A stretch of DNA of 64,000 bases from positions 78,616,001 through 78,680,000 of the forward strand of contig NC_059435.1 in the NCBI RefSeq assembly GCF_021028975.2, given 5' to 3'. This document shows positions 57,083-64,000 of this stretch, one piece after another (within the stretch, counting starts at the first letter, position 1; the number at the start of each line of letters is the position of its first letter). Both the position numbers and the translations under genes were made by a program. The notes beneath the pieces were generated by a model. That model was not told where the DNA came from and made no database searches. It saw nothing but the letters and a program-made list of their open reading frames with translations. Origin of the DNA: Sphaerodactylus townsendi (lineage: Eukaryota).

Positions 57083-58863
57083 CTATCTTCGGTACACGGC
57101 GAAGGCCACGAGGCTGAAGACCAGGGTGAGCCCTGCCAGGCAGGTGGTGGCCGTTGCCGTGAAGACGTGGCGGTACTGCATCTGGAAGTACCAGAGTGCC
57201 CCCAGCATCAGCACAAAGAGGGGCACCATCAGGCTGCCCACGTTGAGGGCAGCGTGCGCAGTGTCTGCCTGGGTGGCGTTCCCGTGGGCCCCGGCAGGCG
57301 CGGTTGGCGATTGGTGCTGCAGGATGTGGCAGTGGAGCACGCTGTTGTGGGTGAGGTGCAGCGCGCTCAGGGTCTGCGAATCGTCCCGAAGCAATTGTCC
57401 CTGGTAGATCAGGCGCACCAGCTGCTCCTGGCCTGGGAAGTGGGCCCTGGACAGAGCGGGAGAGAAGGAGGCGCCCGGTGAAGCCCACAGCACAGGCAAA
57501 ACAGGAAACCCTTCTTGACCCCAGCAGCCGGGGAGCTCACGGGCAGCCATGGGCAGCCAGGATGGAGGGGGGAGATGCCCATCAGTGGCTCCCAACCAAG
57601 AGAATTTCCCCTCTCAGGGGCAGTCAGCGCCAGGAGGCGACACCAGGAGAGGTCTGAGCCTCCTTGCCCTGTTTGTAAGCCTTCTACGGCTGTTGACTGG
57701 GACCACGGTGTGATCAGGTGGCTTCAGGGGTTCTTATTCGGAAGTGCCTTCAGCTGGGGCCCGAAACAGACCTCCAGACCCCGTCACGTCAGAGCCTCCA
57801 GGCAGCACACTGCCGATGCACAACAGGGGGGCTGCGGGCATGACGTTGCAAGAGGGCCAGGCTACAATGACCCTAGGACCCACAATCAACCTTTCAATGG
57901 GCTGCAGGTGACTTCCTGGGTTTGCTGTATGTATTTATCTGCATTTAGGACATTTTTGTGTATTTAGGACATATTTGTGTCCTCTGCAAAGCCAAAGGGC
58001 AGCATGGTGACCCCTGTGCGACCCCAGTCTTCTCGCCAGTCTCCTGCCCGCCGGTCTGTTCATGCAAAGGGGCCGGGGCACTCAGCGCCAGTCCCTCCAG
58101 CGACAGCACCTGACCTTGAGCAGGAAATGCCACAGGCTCCGGAGGCTCTGGAATCTCCAGGCAACTCTGGTCAAACGGCTCCGCTACAGCAGAAGCTTTT
58201 CTAGGTCTGAATACCCTGAAGCTGGAAGTGGCCCACCCAATGGCCGGAATGCCGTCCTTTGCAACTGGACAGACAGGTGGGCAAGCCCCTCACCCCAGGC
58301 AGGAGGGAGCAGAAGGCACAGCAAAGTCTGGGTGAGACGGGGGGGGGGGGGGGGGCTGTTGTGCACAGGCGGCAGGCAGCAATGCTGCAAGGACCCCGCT
58401 GCCAGCCAAGGACGCCTCACCTTTTGAGGGCTCCCACCGTGTCGTGGGGGCGCACCCGGGCCAGGCGCTCCGTGTCATTCAAGAACTTCAGCCTCAAGAG
58501 GATGGTGTTGTCGGCGGCGGCGGGGGGGCTCCCAGGGCTGGCGGCTCCCGTGGGGGGCGGGGCGCGCTCTGGGCCCCCCGGGTCCGTCCTGTGTCGCGGG
58601 TCTCCCCAACGGCTGCCCGGCCTGCCCGGGGCAGCCCCCTCCGGGGGGTCTCCCTCCTTGGGCGGCCGCGCCCCGGCCCCCTGCCCGCTCGGCCCGTCCT
58701 CCTGCGGGGCCTCCTGCGGGGCCACGAGCGGGGCGGAGGCGAAGGCGGGCTCCCCTCGCTCCGCGGTGTGCGTGGACGCCCAGGCCAGCACCAGCACCAG
58801 CACCGCCGACAGCAGCCCGAAGAGCACCGTCACCTCGTCGCCCACGCCCTCGATCAGAGCCAT
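57083..58863 (-). CDS. TMUB1: Transmembrane and ubiquitin-like domain-containing protein 1, 2 coding exons, 268 aa
   Basis: Exons 58421-58863 and 57083-57446. Translation MALIEGVGDEVTVLF...AWASTH, then the UBL domain LRLKFLNDTER...VRLIYQGQLLRDD...LHCHI, then C-terminal TM helices ending FAVYRR*. Confidence 0.97.
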
Positions 58864-59740
58864 GGCTGGCCTGGCAGGGAGGGAGGGAGGGAGGGAGGGA
58901 AGAAAGGGCCGTCAGGCAGCGCAGGGCTTCGTCCGCCGCCCAGTCTCGGCGCCCGCGTCCAGCCGGGCTCGGTCCGGGTCTCCCTCGGCCCACCGGTCGC
59001 TCCCCCACACCGGACGGCGCCGTCGAGAGGCCCGGACTCAAGCCCCGCCGCTCGCCACGCTCGGTCTCCGCCCACCTCGCAGGGTTGTTGTGAGCGCCGC
59101 GCCCGACCTGAACCGGCTCCGGCAGTCCCGCTCTCCTGCTCCCCGAAGCGGGCGGGAGTTCGGGAGGGGCCTGGGCGGTGTGTGGGGGGGGGGCGGGGGG
59201 CTCCGCCGGTCGGCTGGCCTCGGGTCCGGCTGCCCCCTCCGCGGCGCCCTCCCTCACTTCCGGGCACGCCCCCTCCGCCACTGCCCCTTGCAGGGGGCGC
59301 GCGGCATTGTGGGCGCTGTAGTCTTCGGCCGCGGGGCTTGCTGGTAGGGGGCGGGGCCGGACGAGAGGGGAGGGGAGGAGCAGCTGCCTGACCCCGCCTC
59401 CTTCCCCAGCGCCGGCGGAGTGGGCGGGGCTGCGCGGCCGGGTCTTGTGGCGGGCTCCGTTGGCCCCGCCCCGCCCGTGGAGGAGGAGGAGCCCGTGGGG
59501 GGGGGGGTCGTCTCTTAGCCCCGAAGGCGGCCCGGGTCACCCCCCTATGAGACGACCGGTGAATCCCGGCGGCGCCTGAGGCGGGTCCTGCTGCGATCGC
59601 CGCCGTTTCTCTCGCGCTCGGTGTCGCGACTCTGGCCCGTCCTCCTGCGTGGGGCATCGGGTGCCCCCCCCCCCCAGACCCCCGTCACGCAAGATGATTG
59701 GCTCCCTCTGTGCAGCCCGCCTTCAGGTCACGCGCGAAAA
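58450..59740 (-). promoter_or_regulatory. TMUB1 CpG-island promoter
   Basis: ETS/GABP site CACTTCCGG at 59255-59263, ZNF143/THAP11-type GGCATTGTGGGCGCTGTAGTC at 59303-59323, GC boxes, and a candidate non-coding exon 1 donor near 58993. Confidence 0.75.
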
Positions 59741-59747
59741 ATGGACA

Positions 59748-59873
59748 CACAGGTCAATACGTATAGTCAAACTCGCGGCCCTCCAGATGTTATGGACTAC
59801 AGTTTCCATCATCCCCTGCCAGCATGGGACTGTAGTCCATGACATCTGGAGGGCCGCGAGTTTGAAACCTGTG
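59748..59873. mobile_element. Palindromic hAT-like MITE upstream of TMUB1
   Basis: Arms TCAAACTCGCGGCCCTCCAGATGTTATGGACTACAGT and ACTGTAGTCCATGACATCTGGAGGGCCGCGAGTTTGA. No clear TSD. Confidence 0.78.
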
Positions 59874-60178
59874 GATAGGAGAAAGGCACTTTAATCACGT
59901 GGTGTGAAGAAACCAGCCATTCTCTTATAATCCCACCTGTAGGGTGTTTGAACCTGTCCTTTTCAGCCACCAACAGGTGCCACCCAAGCAGCACCACTCC
60001 GACACACGCACACACGCACACACACACAGATGGTTCCAAGGCCGCACACCAGTTCTGTTGATTCGCTCACTGGTTTCAATTGGACTGAGATGGGAGGGGG
60101 GCAGTTTTCTCATCCTCCAGAAGGCTCGTTGAAGATGGTGTGCTGATGGGCTCCAAGAGGTCAGGTCAGGGGCCTCAT

Positions 60179-60513
60179 GAGAGCCAGCCTGGTGTTGTGG
60201 ACTCTAATTTGGAGAGCTGGGTTTGATTCCCCCCTCCTCCCACGCCACGAAGCCTGCCAGGTGACCTTGGGCCAGTCATAGTTCTCTCTTTCATGCTGGC
60301 CATTTCTGGTGCACAAGGGCAGTGCTGCAGCTGTCCTGTGCTCATCCAGATGTTCCCTCATAAGGGCTCAGGAGCAGCAGCAGCAGCAGAAGGCCCTTGC
60401 TTTCACCTCCTGCCTGTGAGCTCCCAAAGGCACCTGGGGGGCCACTGCGAGTAGCAGAGTGCAGGACTAGATGGACTCTGGTCTGATCCAGCAGGCTAGT
60501 TCTTATGTTCTTA
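60179..60513 (+). mobile_element. Squam3-like SINE 5' half (60179-60290) followed by a CR1-like 3' UTR ending TTCTTATGTTCTTA
   Basis: GAGAGCCAGCCTGGTG...GGTTTGATTCCCC, then GGACTAGATGGAC...CTGATCCAGCAGG. Confidence 0.7.
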
Positions 60514-62664
60514 AAAAGCTGGAGGAACTTGCCAGTGCATTTCCAGCTACAAACTCGATCACTGCCGCCAGGGCGTAACCAGTGCTGACGTGGCATCAAA
60601 GGCACTTCTTCCCCAGACCCCTTCTCTGGTTTTCAGTCTGGTGTTCCCCTTCTGTTCTGTTTGAGGCTTATAAAGAAGTCATGTGGGGGGGGGGGGGCGA
60701 TGACAAAGATCAGCATCAGCCTTGATTGCTCGCCCCCCCCCCCCCCCGTGGCCCTGCTCTGCCATCGTTTGCCCCCCAGGTCAAGAAAAGCACCTTTACC
60801 AGCAGCACAGTTGCATCCAAGGCCGTGGGTGCTGGACTTTTTGGAGCACGGGTGGAACGCTTGCTTGCTAAGAGACCTCGTGAGCCCCCGGGGGGAAGGC
60901 TTCTTTCCAAATTTGCCAGCAGCTTTACCTCTCCCAGCTCTGGTCTCTCCAGCGTCCCTTTGGAGGCAGATCAGAAACTATGCAACAGAAGGGAGTAAAG
61001 TGGCGCAAAGGTCCAGTGGCACCTTGAAGGGGATGCCCTCCCCCCCCCCCCACACACACACACACATGGAGTGAGGAGAGTGTGTGGTTTTAGCAGGCCA
61101 GCCAGGAAATGCTGGGGTTGCTGTATAGGGCCACACTGCAAAAGCCTTCTATGATGGTGGCTTGGGGTGATTAATGCCCAGCTGTTCAGGCAGCTGGCTT
61201 CAATTAACTCCAGGACCTGAGGAGGTAAATTATCCCTCTGGGCCGGAAGGAAGACGACACTTAATGGAGTGGGGAGCATTGTAAGGAAAACCCTCCAAAG
61301 CAAAGGCTAGGGGGCAACGTGACACTCCCCACCGGATTAGGAGATACAGAAACCTCTCTGGAATTGCTTGCTGAGGAGCTGAACACGGGAGCATCACAAG
61401 GAGACCTCAAAAGTCAGGAAATAGTCAAGCATCATCGCTGTCAAATTCTGGACTAGCCTCTTTGAAACCATTTATTTCTTTCTAAATCTTGTTATTCACT
61501 GTCCCTACTAATGAGGGTTTCCAAGGCAGTTTGTAATTTATGCATCAAACCATAAAGCAATTAAGCCAAAAACTTGAAACCAAGCCACAGAAATTAAAAA
61601 AAAAACCAAAATCCTCAGGAACAGCCTGCATTCAAATGAAATGTCAGCTCCCAGATCAGCCTGTCTCTCTTGACAGCAAAAACAAGAGGAGTCTTGGAAA
61701 GAGCTGCCCGCTTGCTTCTCTCCATTTCCTGTCCTATAACGGGTTCCCACCCGTGTCAAGACACATCCCCCCTCCCTCCAGGGCCTTTGGGGATGCCTTT
61801 CGGAAGCCACGGAGCGAGCAGCACCACTCACCTCTCAGAGAAGGATGAGGCTTTTCTTTTTTACGATTTGAACGCCATTTACTTATTAGCAGCTGTTGTA
61901 AATAATAAAAGCAATGAATAGTAAGTATGAGCTGCAATGGAAGTATCAGGATATATGGAAATTATTGGTAAAAAGGCAATTGAACAAACAACAAATAATC
62001 ACAGTAGCAATTAGTGTTCCATAGAGAGTCCTAATTCAATCAGTGAGCAATTACCGTACGTGACATCACAGAGCTTTTGAGCTAATAACAAAGTATGTAG
62101 CGTTGCTCCTGTGACTGGGCCGGCTGATCCCACAGTGCCAGGAGGCTGGAGTCCCTAGCCCCAGTCGTGCTGCTGCTGCCAGACCAGGATCCTGCTAGGA
62201 AGTGTTCTTCTGGGCAGACCTCCCGTGGTGCCAGACCCACACAGGGTCACGCTCCTTGGACATTCTTCCATGGCTGATCCTGCCGTGCTAGAGTGGGAGT
62301 CGGGGCTGTGGGCCTGGCTCCCTGTCCTGCCCAGCAGAGGCCTGGAGACTCTTCCAACGGCTGGCTGCTCAGGCTGGCTGCCCCCTTCTGCTGCTGGACA
62401 CCTTTACAGCCCTTCCTGACCCCCCCCCCCAAGTCCTCTTCAGTCCCCTCCACTGAGGACCCTGAATCCCAGACACTGAACTGGCCGGAGGGCGTCATCA
62501 TGACACACACCCATACTGAAGGGGTGGCTGAGTTGGACTCCCCCTCCACAGTTTCCAACAACCAGGACCCTGCGCCCGTTGCATGGGTGCCGAGGAGGGG
62601 AGAAGGGCCTCTGGGAGGAGCGCAGGAACAGTTGGCTGTGGGTGGCCTGGGGGCTGGAGAGGAG

Positions 62665-63589
62665 TGAGTAGTGGGAGCCACGTGGTTCTGTCGTGGGCCC
62701 AGGGCTATTCAATATTTTTATCAATGACTGGGATGATGGAATAGAGGGCATCCTAATCAAATGTGCAGAAGACACCAAATTGGGAGGGGTAGCTAATACC
62801 CCAGAGGACAGATTAGAGAGCTGGGCCAAAGCAAACACAATGAATTTAAACAGTGATAAATGTAAGATTCTACACTGAGGCAGAAAAAACGAAATGCAGA
62901 TATAGGACGGGTGACATCTGGTTTGGCAACACTACACGCAAAAGGGATCTGGGAGTCTTAGCAGACCACAAACTGAACATGAGTCAGCAGTGTGATGTGG
63001 CAGCCAAGAAAGCCAATGCAATTCTGGGCTGTATCAATAAGAGTATAGTGTCTAGACTGAGGGATGTATTTGTACCTCTCTATTCTGCATTGGCCAGACC
63101 TCACCTGGAATATAGTGTACAGTTCTGGGCACTGCAATTCAAGACGGATATTGACAAGCTGGAACGGGTCCAGAGGAGGCCAACCAAAATGTCAAAGGTC
63201 TGGAATCCATGCCCTGCGAGGAGAGACTTAGGGAGCTGGGGATGTTTAGTCTGGAGAAGCGAAGGTTAAGAGGTGACATGGTAGCCATGTTGAGATATTT
63301 GAAGGGATATTATGTTGAAGAGCCAGCGAGCTTGTTTTCTGCTGCTCCGGAGACTAGGACACGGAGTAATGAGTGAAGGAAAAGAGATTTAACCTAAACT
63401 TCAGGAAAAACTTCCTGACTGTCAGGGCTGTTCGATAGTGGAAGTGTGGTGGAGTTTCCTTCTTTGGAGGTTTTTAAGCAGAGGCTGGATGGCCATCTGA
63501 TAGGAGTGCTTTGATTGTGTGTTTCTGCAGTGCAGGGGGTTGGACTTGATGGCCCTTCTTGGGGTCTCTTCCAACTCTATGATTCTATG
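62665..63589 (+). mobile_element. 5'-truncated CR1 LINE
   Basis: GPGLFNIFINDWDDGIEGILIKCAEDTKLGG (RT core) and LYSALARPHLEYSVQFW, ending CTCTATGATTCTATG. Confidence 0.92.
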
Positions 63590-64000
63590 CCCATGACTTT
63601 AAATAGTGTATCAGATTCCAGCAAGCAAGATCCAGAGCACAGTGGTTCCAAGTACAGAAAGAAGTAACTTACAATCTGCCCACCTGATCCAAATGAGATA
63701 AAGAACAATCAAGACACTGAGGAGATATTAGATTAGTCAAAAGAGGTATAAAGAAGAATTTGGGTCATTCACCAGGGATAAGTCTAAGCTACAATGCAAT
63801 GCAAACTGCAAGAGATTAATTTCCACAAGTAGAACACTGATTTATTGCAGTGTTTCTTAACAGGTACAGAGGGAGGAGCAACTGAAGATCACTGAATGGC
63901 ACTAATCAAGCACTTCTTTGTTTTAATTTATTTAAATGAAGTAACAGCAAAAAAAAACTAACTTCAGGAAAAGAGACTTTACACATTAAATAGGAATTTG

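Noticed and set aside
56018-57481. 487-aa plus-strand ORF
   Set aside because: Antisense to FASTK and TMUB1 exons within a CpG island.
62096-62667. Possible LTR fragment or 124-aa ORF
   Set aside because: No partner LTR, PBS or recognisable domain, and it is truncated by the CR1.

Overview
Very GC-rich vertebrate genomic DNA, most likely a squamate and probably a gecko, judged from Squam3-like SINEs with (CTT)n tails, CR1/L2 LINEs, and SPIN and other hAT MITEs. It carries the conserved syntenic block ASIC3 (3' end, +), CDK5 (-), SLC4A2/AE2 (+), FASTK (-) and TMUB1 (-). I traced exon boundaries and phases by hand. CDK5 is complete (12 exons, 292 aa) and includes its U12 AT-AC intron. TMUB1 (268 aa) and FASTK (8 coding exons, about 502 aa) splice in frame. 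The most striking observation is in SLC4A2: the ATG-bearing exon 2 is present and exons 6-23 are intact, but I found no exons 3-5. A palindromic hAT MITE at 39348-39495 has non-matching target-site duplications and joins a truncated CR1 to a truncated SINE. That is the expected scar of a MITE-MITE deletion or an assembly collapse, and it would leave an N-terminally truncated AE2c-like protein starting at ATG 40152. Other notable items: an in-frame upstream ATG closed by TGA ahead of FASTK, a CpG-decayed copy of the TMUB1 3' UTR and poly(A) signal inside a FASTK intron, MITEs carrying the same ACTACA..TCCCA (ZNF143/THAP11-type) motif as the local promoters, convergent poly(A) signals 36 nt apart, and a degenerate Penelope-type hammerhead ribozyme. 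Family assignments and orthologue comparisons rest on recalled sequences, not database searches.
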